Origin: Mobula hypostoma | Taxonomy: Eukaryota | DNA: 64,000 nt | NCBI RefSeq assembly: GCF_963921235.1 | Contig: NC_086110.1 | Location: 13,206,001-13,270,000, forward strand | Direction: 5' to 3' | In this document: positions 25,536 through 39,748 of the stretch, in pieces | Position numbering within the stretch: the stretch's first letter is position 1 | Layout: every line of letters begins with the position of its first letter | Translations under genes and position numbers: made by a program | Notes under the pieces: model-generated | Databases searched by the model: none | What the model was told of the DNA's origin: nothing | What the model saw: the letters and a program-made list of their open reading frames with translations, nothing else

Positions 25536-27125
25536 CCATTGACACTGTAACAAACTATAAAGTGCGTCATATCTAATCTCCTTTCAGTGAAAAGTAGCCA
25601 ATCACCACATACAACTTCACATTCTGGTACAAGCATAATATTCTCTTCTATCTGGGGACACTCCAACCTGAAGGCATAAAGGTCGATTTCTCTAGCTTTT
25701 GGGAATTTTCCCATCATTCCGTTCTGTCATTTTCCTTTCTCAGTTCTGGTTCCCTTTCACCTTTTCTCTGCTCGTCATTTGTCCATCAGGCTGCTCCCAC
25801 CCTCTGGCTCCACCTTCTACCATGTTGCAGGGTCCACTGTCCTCCCGTATTCGAGTGCTTCATACACCGTTTACCTTTTCCATCCGTCACCACCCAGCTT
25901 CTCACTTCATTCCCACCCCAATCATCCACATACCTTCGCATTCACCTGGTTTCACCTGTCACCTGCTACCTTCCCCGCACCCCGTCCACACCTTTCATAT
26001 TCCGGATTCTGATGCCTCTTTTCCAGTCCCGATAAAGCATCTCTGCCAGAAACAATCGATAGTTTATTTACCTTCTTGCAAGCTGCCTTACATAATGAGT
26101 TCCTTCAGTATTTTGTTTGCATTCTTCAGGATTTCCAGCATCGGCAGAATCTATAGAGATTGTTTTTTCGTTGCTTTTACGGATTTAATTTGATAGGCAA
26201 TCTTCACGTGAGGAAACACCAAAAGGCACGGAACTGGGAATGCTATTCTTCCCAAAAGCCCATTATCAGCTCCATAATAAAGACGAGTGTCTGGATAATA
26301 ACCGAGGAGAACTGAACTAGCGGAAATACCGAACTGTGACAAAACTGTAATGTGAGAGCCTGACTGAATAAAATACCAACGTTCATTCTATGCGTTATGC
26401 GCTGTCCACTGACGACAACGTCCATGTGCATGTAGAGCTGTGTTGGCAGGTGCAGCTGAGCAAACAGCAGTGAGCTTTACAGCCGAAACGGGATGCGGCA
26501 ATCAGGCACAGATGATGCAAAATGCGATTTTATTATAAGTTAGCCAATTAGTTTGTACTATAACTGCTACTTCAAGGATTTCTCTACTCTCTTAACCTGA
26601 TATTGTTAAAGTTCTTTTTTAAGTAAGGAAAAAAAAACGCTAATATATAAATCATAAAGGCATATCTTGAAACAACGTTGACATAAATTGTATACAAAGT
26701 GAAAGCAACCTGAAGTTCATTACTTATGAGTACATCTCTAAATTATGTTACAATCCTGTAATTCATCCAGTCACTAAATGCTCGATTATAGGCCACATCT
26801 ACAATGTCTCCCATCCACTATATAATGTACTGTCTGGGCACAGGAGTACATTCAGCCAGACACTCAATCCCTTGAGATGCAACACAGAGCCTCACAGGGA
26901 CTCATTCCGGCTTGTGGCCATCAAACTTTACAACTCCTCTCCTGGAGGGTCCTGGAGGGACACCCTGAGCCAATAGGCTGGCCCTGGACTTATTTCATGG
27001 CATAATTCACATATTCCTATTTAATTATTTATGGTTTTATTACTATTTAATTATTTATGGTTCAACTGTAACGAAAACCAATTTCCACCCGGATCAATAA
27101 AGTATGCCGATGACTATGACTACGC

Positions 27126-30100
27126 CACGTGCACCGAGCTGCAGCTCCTGACAGACTCTGTTAGGGATCTAAAGCTGTGGCTCGATGACCTACTGTTTAT
27201 TAGGCAGAGTGAAGAGGAGATAGAGAGGAGCTACAGGGAGTTAGTCACCCCAAGGCTGCAAGAGTTACATAAGCGGGTGACGGTCAGACAGCGAAGGGAA
27301 GAGGTCAGATAGTAGAGAGCACCCCTGTAGCCGTCCCCCTCAGCAATCGTTATCTCGTTTTGGAAGTGGTTGTGGAGGATTACTTGACAGAGTACGACCC
27401 CAGCGATCGGTTCTGCGGCACTGTGTCCGGTTCCGTGGTGCACAAGGGAAAGAGGAAGATGAGGAATGCAGTAATCAAAGGTGATTCTATAGCGAGGGGA
27501 TCAGCCAGGAGGTTCTGTCAGCCTGATAGAGATACCTGCATAGCGCGTTGTCTCCCAGGTGCCAGGGTACGGGCTGTCTTGGATCGTGTGCAGAGTATTC
27601 TGAAGGGAGAGGGTGAACAGCCAGAAACCCTGGTGCACTTTGGTAATAATGACAAAGATAGAAAAAGGGAGGAGGTCCTGAAGTGAAAATTCAGAGAGAT
27701 AGGTAGGAAGCTGAAAAGGAGGATCTCGAGGGTACTAATCTCAGGATTGCTGCCTGTGCCACCTGCTAGCGAGTGCAAGAATAGCATGATCAGGCGTATT
27801 AACGTGTGGCTGAGAGACTGATGTAGGGGGCAGGGCTTCATATTCCTGGATCATTGGGGCCTCTTCTGGGGGAGGTACGACCTGTACAAAACGGACGGAT
27901 TACACCTGAACCCAATGGGGTCAACTGTGCCAGCGGACACATTTAATAGAGCTGTCAGGGGGCGCTTAAACTAATTTAACAAGGGGTTGGGAACCGGAGT
28001 GACAGGGTCGAGGAAGGGGAGAACAGAAGTAAATCAAATATAGAGTGCAACAGAGATTACAGAAAGAACAGGCAGGAAAGGAGGCTTAATCACAGCCACT
28101 AAATGATTTACAATGCAATACAGGTGTGGTGCAGTTAAACCAGAAAACAACAAATACTGAACTGAAAGTGTGATTTTTTAATGCACGCAGCATAAAGAAT
28201 TAAATGGACGAACTTGAAATTCAGCTACAGATTGGCAAATATGACGTTGTGTCCATCACTGAAACTTGGCTAAACGATAGCTGCCATTGGGAGCCTAACG
28301 TCCCAGGTAACACAGTGTATTGGAAAGATAGGTTAGTAAGGGATGGTTTGGCTCTGTGTATAAGAAATCATATTAAATCATTATAAAGAGATGGCATAGT
28401 GTGGAGACACTATGAGTTGAGTTAAGGTAAAGGGACCCTAAAAGCAGTTTTATACGGGCCCCCAAAGGGCAGCCGGGATGTGTATTTCAAATTACAGCAG
28501 GAGGTAGAAAAGGCGTGTCGACAGACAATGTCATGATAATCGTTGGGGATTTTAACATGGAACTGTATTGGAAAAACCAGGTCAGTACTGAACCTCAAGA
28601 GAGAGAATTTGTAGAATGTTCAAGGGAGAACTTCTTAGAACAGCTTGTTGTTGAACCCACCAGGGCCCGGTTGTGCTGGATTGGGTGTTGTGCAATGATC
28701 CGGGGGTGTCAGATAGTTTAATGTTAAAGAACCCTTAGGGAACAGAGATCACAATATAATCGAGTTCACATTGAAATTTAAGAGGGAGAAATAAAATTCA
28801 GTGTGTCAGTATTTTACTGCAATAAAGGAAAGTACAATGGCATGAGATAAAAACTGGTCGAAGCTGACTGGAAAGGAAAGACAGCAGAGCCGCAATGGCT
28901 GGAATTCCTGCAAAAAAATGAGGGAAGTGCAAGACAGATATATTCGAAATATTAAGAAATTTTCAAAGGGAAGAACGGTACCACTATGGCTGTCAAGTGA
29001 AGCAACAGCCAAAGTAAAAGCAAAAGAGAGGGCAAACAAGGACGCCAGAGCTAGTGCGAAGATAGAGGACTGGGAAGCTTTCAAAAACTTGAGGAAGGAA
29101 ACTAAGAAGGTCATTCGGAAGGAAGACTTAAATTATTAAAAGAAGCCAGTGACTGATGCTAAGAAAATACCAAAACCGTTTCTTTAAGTGTATAAAGGGT
29201 AAACGAGAGTCGAGGGTAGGTATAGGTGCAATACAAAGTGAGGCTGAAAATATTGTAATGAGAGATGCACAGATGGCAGAGGAACTGAATGCATATTTTG
29301 CATCAGTCTTCACAGAGGAATACATCTGCAGAACACCGGACATTCAAGTGTGTCGAGGAAGTGAAGTTTATGTAGTGCAAATTACGACTGAGAAGGTTCT
29401 CAGTAATTTTAAGCGGCTGTGCGTGGATAAATCTTCTGGGCCTGATAGAATGTACCCTCAGGTTGTGAAGGAAGACGCTGATTGCGGAGGCATTAACATT
29501 AACATTAACACTGATGTTTGAAGAATCGATAGATTATGGCATTGTACCGGATGACTGGAAAATTGTAAATGTTACTCCGCTATTTCAAAAGGGTGGGAGA
29601 CAGCAGAAAGTAAACTATAGACCAGTTAGCCTGACATCAGTGGTTGGGAAGTTGTTGGAATCGATTGTTAGTGATGAGATTAAGGCGTACATGCAGATAC
29701 ATGACAAGATAGGTCAAAGCCAGCATGATTTCCTGAAAGGAAAATCCTGCCTGACAAGCCCACTGCAATTCTTTTAGGAAATTACAAGCAGCGTAGACAA
29801 AGCAGATGCAGTAGACGTTGTCTAATTTGAATTTCAGAAGGCCTTTGACAAGGTGCCGCACATGCGGCTGCTTAGCAAGATCAGAGCCCATGGAGTTACA
29901 GGGAAGTTACTAGCATGGGTGGAGCATTGGCTGGTCGGCAAGAAACAGAGAATGGGAAGAAAGGGATCCTATTCTGGCTGTCTGCCGGTTACTAGTGGAG
30001 TTCCACAGGAGTTGGTGTTGGGACAGCTGCTTTTTGTGATGTAATTTGTGGCTAAATTTGCCGATGATAGGTGGAGGAGCGGGTCGTGTTCAGGTAATAT

Positions 30101-31200
30101 CGAGCCTGCGGAGAGACTTAGATAGTTTAGGGGAATGGGCAAATGAAATACCATAAACAACAGGAATTCTGCAGATGCTGGAAATTCAAGCAACACACAT
30201 CAAAGTTGCTGGTGAACGCAGCAGGCCAAGCAGCATCTATAGGAAGAGGCGCGGTCGACGTTTCAGGCCGAAACCCTTCGTCATACCATGAAATACCATG
30301 TTGGAATGTGTGTGGTCATGCACTTTGGTGGAAGAAGTATACAAGCAGACTAGTATTTAGATGGTCAGATAATTCAAAATGAAGAGGTGCAAAGGGACAT
30401 GGGAGTCCTTGTGCAAGATACCCCAACGGTTAACCTCCAGGTTGAGACGGTTGTGAGGAAGGCGAAAGCATTGTTGGCATTCATTTCTAGAAATACTGTA
30501 TAGAATATAAGAGCAGGGATGTGATGTTGAGGTTCTACAAGGCACTCGTGAGATCAGATGGAATTTTGTGTGCAGCTTCGGGCTCCTTATTTTAAAAATG
30601 ATATGCTGACATTGTAGATGGTGCAGAGAAGATTCAGAAGAATGGTTCCAGGAATGAAAGGGTTACCGTATGAGTTACGTCTTGTAGCTTTTGGGCTGTA
30701 TTCCCTGCAATTCAGGGCGATCTCATAGAAACTTTCCGAATATTAAAAGGCCTGAACAGTTTAGATATGGCAATGTTATTTCTCATGCTAGGGGATTCTA
30801 GTACAAGAGGGCACGTCTTCAGAATTGAAGGACGTCCATTTGCAACTGAGATGTGGATAAATTACTTCAGTCAGAGGGTGGTATATCTGTGGAATTTGTT
30901 ACCACGAGCGCCTGTGGAGCCATACTGATCGGGTGGACTTAAGGCAGAGATAGGTAGTTTCTTGATTAGCCAGGACATCAAAGGGTATGGGGAGAAGGCA
31001 GGGGAGTGAGGATGAATGGAAGAATTGCATCAGCCCATGATGGTAAGGCGGAGTAGACCGAATGGGCCGAATGGCCTACTTCTGTTCCTATATCTTATGG
31101 CTTTATGGTCTTACGGTCTCAGCAAGAAGTGGTGGAGCAGACCCTATCGGCAAAATGGCCAGAATCTGCTCCTATAACTTATGGACTTATGGTTTTACGG
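27126..31200 (+). mobile_element. Long degenerate CR1 (SGNH-esterase ORF1, APE endonuclease, RT)
   Basis: GDSIARG, GNND and DGLH esterase motifs; SITETWL and VGDFN endonuclease motifs; RPVSLTSVVGK RT motif. Confidence 0.88.
30155..30287 (-). mobile_element. Short Penelope pLTR piece nested in CR1 with 12-bp TSD
   Basis: ATGAAATACCAT at 30143-30154 and 30288-30299. Confidence 0.75.
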
Positions 31201-31574
31201 CTGATTTGCTTCATCTGCATCCTCGTTTTCCCACCTACCTGTCACCCATTCTGCCCACTTGCTGATTGAGGATTGGCCTGAATGGCGGGTGGCTGGGGTC
31301 GATTTCCCATCATTCATTGACTTCGTTCATCCAGGTCACTTTGCATCTGAAATCTCTTCGACCTTTCCACTCATCCATACAGTTTCTATTTCTACATTCA
31401 AATAAAAGTACCGAATGTGATTTCTTATTATTAATTGACAGGATCTTTGTACTCCCATCTTTCTTATTCATTTTTCATCCATTGATGAACAAAACACACA
31501 AACAGCCGATTGTCAGTTCCTTGAATCGCAAAGTCACAAGAGCAGACCCATTCAGCAAGCAAATGTGAAGTGCT

Positions 31575-33450
31575 AGAACATAAAAACGGACTGTAAAAGC
31601 TTTTATAGATATGTAAAAAGGAAAAGACTGGTAAAGACAAATGTAGGTCCCCTGCAGACAGAAACAGGTGAATTGATTATGGGGAGCAAGGACATGGCAG
31701 ACCAATTGAATAATTACTTTGGTTCTGTCTTCACTAAGGAGGACATAAATAAACTTCCAGAAATAGTAAGGGACAGAAGGTCCAGTGAGATGGAGGAACT
31801 GAGTGAAATACATGTTAGTAGGGAAGTGGTGTTAGGTAAATTGAAGGGATTGAAGGCAGATAAATCCCCAGTGCCAGATGGTCTGCATCCTAGAGTGCTT
31901 ACGGAAGTAGCCCAAGAAATAGTGGATGCATTAGTGATAATTTTTTTCAAAACTCGTTAGATTCTGGACTAGTTCCTGAGGATTGGAGGGTGGCTAATGT
32001 AACCCCACTTTTTAAAAAAGGAGGGAAAGAGGCACCGGGGAATTATAGACCGGTTAGCCTAACGTCGGTGGTGGGGAAACTGCTGGAGTCAGTTATCAAG
32101 GATGTGATAACAGCACATTTGGAAAGCGGTGAAAAGATTGGACAAAGTCAGCATGGATTTGTGAAAGGAAAATCATGTCTGACGAATCTCATAGAATTTT
32201 TTGAGGATGTAACTAGTAGAGTGGATAGGGGAGAACCAGTGGATGTGGTATATTTGGATTTTCAAAAGGCTTTTGACAAGGTCCCACATAGGAGATTAGT
32301 GTGCAAACTTAAAGCACACGGTATTGGGGGTAAGGTATTGTGTGGATGGAGAATTGGTTAGCAGACAGGAAGCAAAGAGTGGGAATAAACTGGACCTTTT
32401 CAGAATGGCAGGCGGTGACTAGTGGGGTACCGCAAGGCTCAGTGCTGGGACCCCAGTTGTTTACAATAAATATTAATGACTTGGATGAGGGAATTAAATG
32501 CAGCATCTCCAAGTTTGCGGATGACACGAAGCTGGGTGGCAGTGTTAGCAGTGAGGAGGATGCTAAGAGGATGCAGAGTGACTTGGATAGGTTGGGTGAG
32601 TGGGCAAACTCATGGCAGATGCAATTTAATGTGGATAAATGTGAAGTTATCCACTTTGGTGGCAAAAATAGGAAAACAGATTATTATCTGAATGGTGGCC
32701 GATTAGGAAAAGGGGAGGTGCAACGAGACCTGGGTGTCATTATACACCAGTCATTGAAAGTGGGCATGCAGATACAGCAGGCGGTGAAAAAGGCGAATGG
32801 TATGCTGGCATTTATAGCGAGAGGATTCGAGTACAGGAGCAGGGAGGTACTACTGCAGTTGTACAAGGCCTTGGTGAGACCACACCTGGAGTATTGTGTG
32901 CAGTTTTGGTCCCCTAATCTGAGGAAAGACATCTTTGCCATAGAGGGAGTACAAAGAAGGTTCACCAGATTGATTCCTGGGATGGCAGGACTTTCATATG
33001 AAGAAAGACTGGATGAACTGGGCTTGTACTCGTTGGAATTTAGAAGATTGAGGGGGGATCTGATTGAAACGTATAAGTTCCTAAAGGGATTGGACAGGCC
33101 AGATGTAGGAAGATTGTTCCCGATGTTGGGGAAGTCCAGAACGAGGGGTCACAGTTTGAGGATAGAGGGGAAGCCATTTAGGACCGAGATTAGGAAAAAC
33201 TTCTTCACACAGAGAGTGGTGAATCTGTGGAATTCTCTGCCACAGGAAACCGTTGAGGCCAGTTCATTGGCTATGTTTAAGAGGGAGTTAGATATGGCCC
33301 TTGTGGCTACAGGGGTCAGGGGGTATGGAGGGAAGGCTGGGGCGGGGTTCTGAGTTGGATGATCAGCCATGATCATAATAAATGGCGGTGCAGGCTCGGA
33401 GGGCCGAATGGCCTACTCCTGCACCTATTTTCTATGTTTCTATGTTTCTA
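31575..33450 (+). mobile_element. Young 5'-truncated CR1 LINE
   Basis: ORFs 31990-32361 and 32340-33353 ([16 protein letters not shown]); (TTCTATGT)n tail. Confidence 0.95.
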
Positions 33451-36287
33451 TAACGTATTCATTGTCAGCTCACTTAACTGTCGTTTCATCCCCGTAGCAA
33501 TATTTGCTGGCATTGTAGAATACCCTGCATACAAAATGAATAGAGCTTTCTAAAAATGATAGAAAAGCACGAGCGTGCACGACATTGCCAAAACCTCATT
33601 TGGCAATTGTTTCTTAATGAACTCAATGGAAAACACATTTCAGAAGCGGTGGATACAATAACTGTATACATCAATATGTATGCCTATTGGAGCTCTCATT
33701 CGCGAATGAATATTACACATTTTAATAAATATCATGTTGAAATTTATGCTTACAATTGTTTAAACCGGTAATCCTATCAATGTCTTAGGAGTTACTTAAT
33801 AGTTTCAAAAGGAGAAAAAATTTCGGGTCATAGAATGATGTGAAATAAATATTATTCTGTAATTGCGCAGCTAAATAACTAATTTGACTCAATGTAAATA
33901 TAAGAACACAACAAATAACTGATCTTAGCATCTCGTAAGCATTCACTGAATTGTGGTCTAACTCACATGGAAACAGATATATACAGGTATTGAATTCACT
34001 TGTTAAAGCTTCATGGCAACGCAGTGTGCAACTTAAAAATATTTACAGCGACTAAAGTTGGTACCTCGAAAGGTAAGATTTAACTGTTCCGACCGGCTGG
34101 ACTGCGAAGGTAGGATTTGATTTTCCTGTAGGGTAGGGACGTCCGGCATGGTAACTCAATGAAGATACCGGGACCGTACCATATTTACAAATCGGAATGC
34201 AGGTGGGAGGGCATTGAGTCCCTGGTGGCCATCGTTGTACTTTGCACTTTGTGGATGGAACGTACAGATAGCAGATTGAAATAACATTGTTTATTCACAG
34301 AGTATCCTTTCTGCATGATGATGAGAGGCATTTTTTCCCAATTAAAGTAGTACATCCACCACTGGACGAATCTATGTCGACGATTCTATATGGAGACGTT
34401 TTCTCCAGAGAAGTATAGTACTCGTCTGTAATGAACGCAACGTGAAATTTTTGTACAGGAAGATGCAGCTTTACTATGATTCAAAGCTGTATGTAAGTTT
34501 CGAATCAACGGTGATACCTAAAATGTTGACAGTGATAGGTTGCCAAAGACAGCAAAAATGAGGAAGGTTATGTACACAGCTCAATTCATCAGGAAACCAA
34601 CCTCCCTTCTATGTAGTCTGCATGTACTTCCCATCACTGTCCCCTGGAATATGCGTGGGTGCGCCCCGCGTGGTAACTGAAGGACTCCCGTAGACGTTGC
34701 TAATATAACTTTTAAATCTATGTAAATATAATTATAAAATGCCATGCAATTAATTGTGTTGGTGTATATAATCCATATGTATTCTAAATAATACACATAC
34801 CACAACCATTACAGTGTAAAATTTTAGAGCTTCAACCTATTACATTGTCAGTTTTTTCAAGTTGAAACGCTGTTAGAAATTGTAACAGTAAGCTCAGAAT
34901 GGAACTCGGTAGATCATTGTTAATAAACCGTCAGTCCGTACATAATCCTTTCACACACCATGGCAAAATTTCCTGCTTGGAGCAATTGGTGGTCCGTGCT
35001 GCTGTTAAAAATTAAGTACTGGGAACGTTGTTTCCCTCGCCCAAAGAAAAGCAACCAGGCTAATCAAGGGCATATCCTCTTCAAAGACTGATGGAGGGTT
35101 GATTGGTTATACCTCTCTATATATCAGGGGTTTTCAACCTTTATACGCCATCGACCCTCAGCATTAACGGAGGTTGGGAACGCCTGTCAGAGATGGCGCT
35201 TGACGTGCTGATTTCCTCCAGCATTTTGTGTTTGTTATTCTGGATTTCAGACTCGTGTGATTTGCTCTGCCGTTAGTACTGACAGGACATACTGGAGGTA
35301 TATTAGAAGCGTTGATGCACAAAGGGATTTTAGGGTGCACGTAACAACGACCCATCACGATCCATTGAGAAGGCGTTTAGCCTCCTTGCCCTCTTGGTAG
35401 TATACTGACATGAGCTGGGACAACATGCTGTACCAATAGATAACGGCCAGGCAGGTCATGGATTGTTGTGTGCTCTTCTGGTCACCACAGATAGCACGTA
35501 ATAGAGTTAGAACGATTGCAAAAGAGATTCTCTGGGACATTGCCTGGAATGGAAGGTTTTACTGGCAAGGAGAGATTGGATAGACTCTGGAGTACTGGTG
35601 ACTGAGGGATAACCTTATGAATTTGAAAAAAAATAACAGTTGTTACGGACATTAATATAGAAAATACTCATAGCTCTTTTTTTCAATACAGGTGATCTAA
35701 AGCTGGAAGCCATAGTTGTGAACTGACAGAGAAAATATTTAAAGGGGATCTGGGCACGGCATGGTTTTCTAACGGAGAGAAAACGGCAGGGATATAGAAC
35801 AAGCTGTTAGAGGAAGTGGTACCGTGCTGGAGGCAGGTAAGAACGGCTACGTAAATATTTTCGTTCTGAATGGATGAAACGGGTGGAAGAGCCCTCTGCC
35901 ATGATGCACGCCAGGATTCAATGTTTTCTTTCAGCTAAAGATCTACAACAAACCACTCGTGCAGGTTAACAGGAAATTACAAGTGGCAGAGAATAGAAAT
36001 ACGCTAACGGTCCCGCTGATAATATTATGAAGAGCCTTTGTGGTTACAATTTACATGTGTTTCAAAAACCGATTCGCGGACTGTTGTTTTTTTTTAAAAT
36101 GCTCGACGTTTAGTTTACAGCCAATGGATGTTTTTTTTTTAACATAGAGTGATTTCAAGGCCTCTTCCTCGCAACCAAAAGTTTCTACTGTTTTTCTGCG
36201 AAATCCGTGTTTCGATTCTAGAAAGAGAATTCTGGAAAGAGAATAATGAGATGTTTCATCGCAATGTTAATAAAACAGAATTTTAAG

Positions 36288-37679
36288 TGTCACAAAGGGG
36301 GGCGTTGGAAACGGACCCAAATGCAAGACACAGACACTGAAGTACAAGGAACAGGGCATGACTAGAGTAGGGACGTGACAGGATACAGACAAGGAGCAGG
36401 GACAAGAGCGCACACAAAGCTAGGTCATGGACCAGACAGGGAACCCGGACAAGGAACTAAGATTTAGGAGCCTGGGCTAGGGAAAGCTGGACCAGGACTA
36501 GAAATTATGGACTAGGAGACAAGGCTTATAATCCGAGCCAGAGACAGGACAAGGACCCAGAAGCTGGGTGTTGCTTCGGGCTCGAACCCCAGAAACAGGC
36601 AAGGACATGACATGGCTTCAGGACAGGACGTGTCTAGAGGCATGAGCTTGGAAACAGGCTGGGGATTTGGCTCTTGAGGCTTGAGAATGGGGTCTTGCCT
36701 CTTGAGGCTTGAGGCTTGAGGCTGGGGTCTTGCCTCTTGAGGCTTGAGGCTGGGGTCTTGCCTCTTGAGGCTTGAGATTGGGGACTTGGCTCTTGAGGCT
36801 TGAGGCTGGGGTCTTGGCTCTTGAAACTTCAGATTGGGGTCTTGGCTCTTGGGGCTGGAGGCTGGGAGCTGGGGTCTTGGAATTTGAAGGTTGATAACTC
36901 GGAGGCTGGAGCTCGGAGACAGACTGCTAACTGTACATCAACATCGAGCAGGGATTTATTCTTCGAAAAGCCGGGACTCATCTTTAACATGGCAACAACA
37001 TGGGACAGGTCAGTACATAGCCATAGAGCCGGGACTTATACTTAGACAAGCCGGGACTCAACTTCTTGTCCACACCAAAGTGGGACAGGACATTCCGTCG
37101 GATAAAGGCAGAACGGCCTTACCCAACAGAGGCAAAGACAAGACAAGACAGGTCCCCCCAGAAGGGCAACGGCAGAACGGCCTGACTTACCCCCCCGGAG
37201 GCGAGGACAAGATGAGACAACCACCGAGAACGACAGACAGTTCCATCTCTGCATCGTGGTTGCTCCGAGTCGCAGTTCGGCCAGCAACCTCAGCTGGTAG
37301 AGGAACAGCCGGATCCCTACCTAGCTCGGAGTGGCTGGCAGCCAATCAGCTGGCCCGGGAAACAGCCAAATCCATACAGCAAAGACAGCTCCGACTACTG
37401 ACAGCATGGCTCCATGAGCGGATGTTTCCCCAACGCGGTCTAAAGCTGGCAAGTGGCCGCCCTAGCCTTCCACTGGCAGGTTGCTCCCAGGGAATCTTGA
37501 CAAGAGAAACCAGCAGCTCACACTCGACAGCAAGGCCACTTAAATTTCAAGCCCTAAGATGGGAATCAGGTGACTATGATTAACTCAAACAGACGAGGGA
37601 CAGCTGGAAGACCCGCAGTCCAGAGTTCACGGACCGGACCGTGAACCGGAATGCGGATTTCACGGACCGGACCATGACA
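36288..37679 (-). mobile_element. Solo LTR with 5-bp TSD
   Basis: TGTCA...TGACA ends; TTAAG at 36283-36287 and 37680-37684; related copy in opposite orientation at 63060-64000. Confidence 0.85.
36650..36885 (+). repeat. Degenerate minisatellite (GGGGTCTTGSCTCTTGAGGCTTGAGGCT-like) within the LTR
   Basis: About 7 imperfect tandem units visible. Confidence 0.85.
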
Positions 37680-38039
37680 TTAAGTTTTAACCTTTAACCG
37701 TATCGAATACTGACAGCCTTCCAAGCGTGAACCGTTACACCATGAGCGACTATTTGGAGAATGATTGCTGTTTATTATCATTTAAGGCAGAAAATAATGA
37801 AATGTGGTCGGTTATAGACGTCAGATCGCACAGTGAAACAAAGAAGTGACCGTTCTATGAATAAACGGATATTATTTGTGCAATTTATTTCACAACTGAG
37901 CTGGATTCTAGACTGACATAGCAATGTAAATAACTTTGAAATGTTGCCAAACTTGTACTAAGATGGGTGAAGACGTCAATTCGTTTCGAATCAAAAAATG
38001 TAAATCTAAATGAAATGAAGACATCTTAAAAATTATGGC

Positions 38040-38830
38040 TTCATCACATCCATCCAGGGCCACCAACAGTGAGGCAAAACCTCCCCTGCGAATCGGCTAG
38101 GGTAGTATTCTGTAGCCAGAGCTACCGATGCGGCCTTCTCTACATGGGTGGGACTCGGCGTAAACTGGGGACAAGTTTTTCAAGCCCCTCCAGTTCATCC
38201 CAAATTGCGGAATTTGCTAGTGGCCAATTGTTTTTATTCCTACCCATTCAAGTTCTGACATGTCCGTTCATGTCCTCTTCTACGTCTTCATGAGGTTACC
38301 CTCTGGGTGCGCGAGCAACACTTCCGGATTCAGTTTAGGTAGCCTCCAACCTGACGACATGAACATCGACTTCTCCTTCAGGTATTTTTCCCTCCCATGT
38401 CTCTCTTCTGTTCCCACCTCTGTGCTCTTATCTTCTCTGCTCTCCTGCCTATAACTTTCACTTCTGTCCCACTTCCATCCCTTTCTCCAGTAGTCTACTC
38501 TCTTCTCCTAATAGATTCCTTACTCTCCAGCTCTTTGCATTTTCAGCCTCTTAGCTCCCAGCTTCTTACTTCATCCCACCGCTCAACTGCACACGCTCCA
38601 CTCCGCCTCCTCTAAGCACACTCAAACTCGCTTCACCTATCACCTTTTAATTTACCTTTCTTCTCACCGCCTTTTTATTCTGGATTCTTCCCTCCTCCTT
38701 TCCTGTCCTAATGTAGCGTCTCGGACCGAAACGTGGACCGTTGATTAATTTCCATAGATGCTGCCTGATCCGCAAAGTTCACCTTGTGTGTGTTATCCTG
38801 GATTTCCAGTGTTTGCAGAATCTTTTGTGC
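38040..38830 (+). mobile_element. Degenerate Penelope 3' end
   Basis: LYMGGTRRKLG; LGSLQPDDMNIDFS; decayed pLTR. Confidence 0.75.
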
Positions 38831-39712
38831 TACTGATATGAATGTTCTTTTATCATTCATTTGAGAAAATATTTGGCATTAGCAGAAAATGGAAACACTG
38901 GGAGCGAAAGATAATGTGCTGTATCTGACGGAGAAGTTCTTCGATAGCTGCCGCTGAGAGAAGGGTAGAAGTAGCCTACAGCATGCTGAAGACCCTTTGG
39001 TCTTGGGCCCGCTCTTCTCACTATGTTATCAAAAACTTGAATGAAGGAACACAAGACCATGGGGATGAATGTCAGGTTAGATAGCACAGTAATTTCTGGA
39101 CAACAGCAGCAAAATTATCACAGAAAAAAACGATGTACACAAAAATAGAGGAAACATGGAGATTAACATTTGATCATAGAGCGTCAGGGACAGCAAAGCA
39201 ATTCTAAGATTTCTGATCGATCGCCCGGTGTATGGTTGCAAATTAAGGGATTGATTTTGTTTCCGACTCTTTCATTCTCCCGACTCTACCAAGCACCCTT
39301 CACGTTATAGTGCAAGTGCAGTGGAATTTGCAATCCTTGCATTATGCCTGTAGTACTTTTAAACTATGACAGCGTTCCTGATGGCTGCGGAAAGATTTTA
39401 TGTGAGAACGACATGCTCATGGTAATAGTCAGATATTGCACAATTCGTGGGGTTTTCCGATTAGTCCGACATGCCTCTTGAGAAAATTAATTCTAATAGC
39501 CTTGAGAGTTAAGTGGGACTGTCAAATCCAAAACGTTTTTGAACATCTGATTTATTTGTTTTGGTAGAATTAAAAACTTCCCAAATTCTCCAAAAATGAA
39601 AACAGAAATTACAGCAAACAGCAGAATTCTGCAGATGCTGGAAATTCAAGCAACTTACATCAAAGTTGCTGGTGAACGCAGCAGGCCAGGCAGCATCTAT
39701 AGGAAGAAGCGC

Positions 39713-39748
39713 AGTCGACGTTTCAGGCCGAGACCCTTCGTCAGGACT
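39713..39748 (-). ncRNA. Minimal hammerhead ribozyme motif (Penelope type)
   Basis: Minus strand AGTC-CTGACGA-AGG(GTCTCGG)CCT-GAAAC-GTC-GACT. Confidence 0.75.

Larger units (their letters stand above)
21310..34700 (+). pseudogene. Decayed, exon-less duplicate of gene A last intron and 3' flank
   Basis: Collinear homology blocks: ~3590-4730/21580-22680, ~5150-5350/24540-24770, ~6220-7430/25540-26795, ~8890-9180/31275-31570, ~9220-9350/33455-33590, ~9950/34455, ~10435/34650. Confidence 0.7.

Noticed and set aside
34203-34261. Hydrophobic stretch (GIESLVAIVVLCTLW) as a leader or TM exon
   Set aside because: No suitable start codon, too short for a TM, and no homology to the paralogous exons.
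36650-36885. Repeat array as a CRISPR-like locus
   Set aside because: Contiguous degenerate units without unique spacers, inside an LTR, in eukaryotic DNA.
36891-37583. 230-aa ORF
   Set aside because: Lies wholly within a GC-rich solo LTR and shows no recognisable domain.
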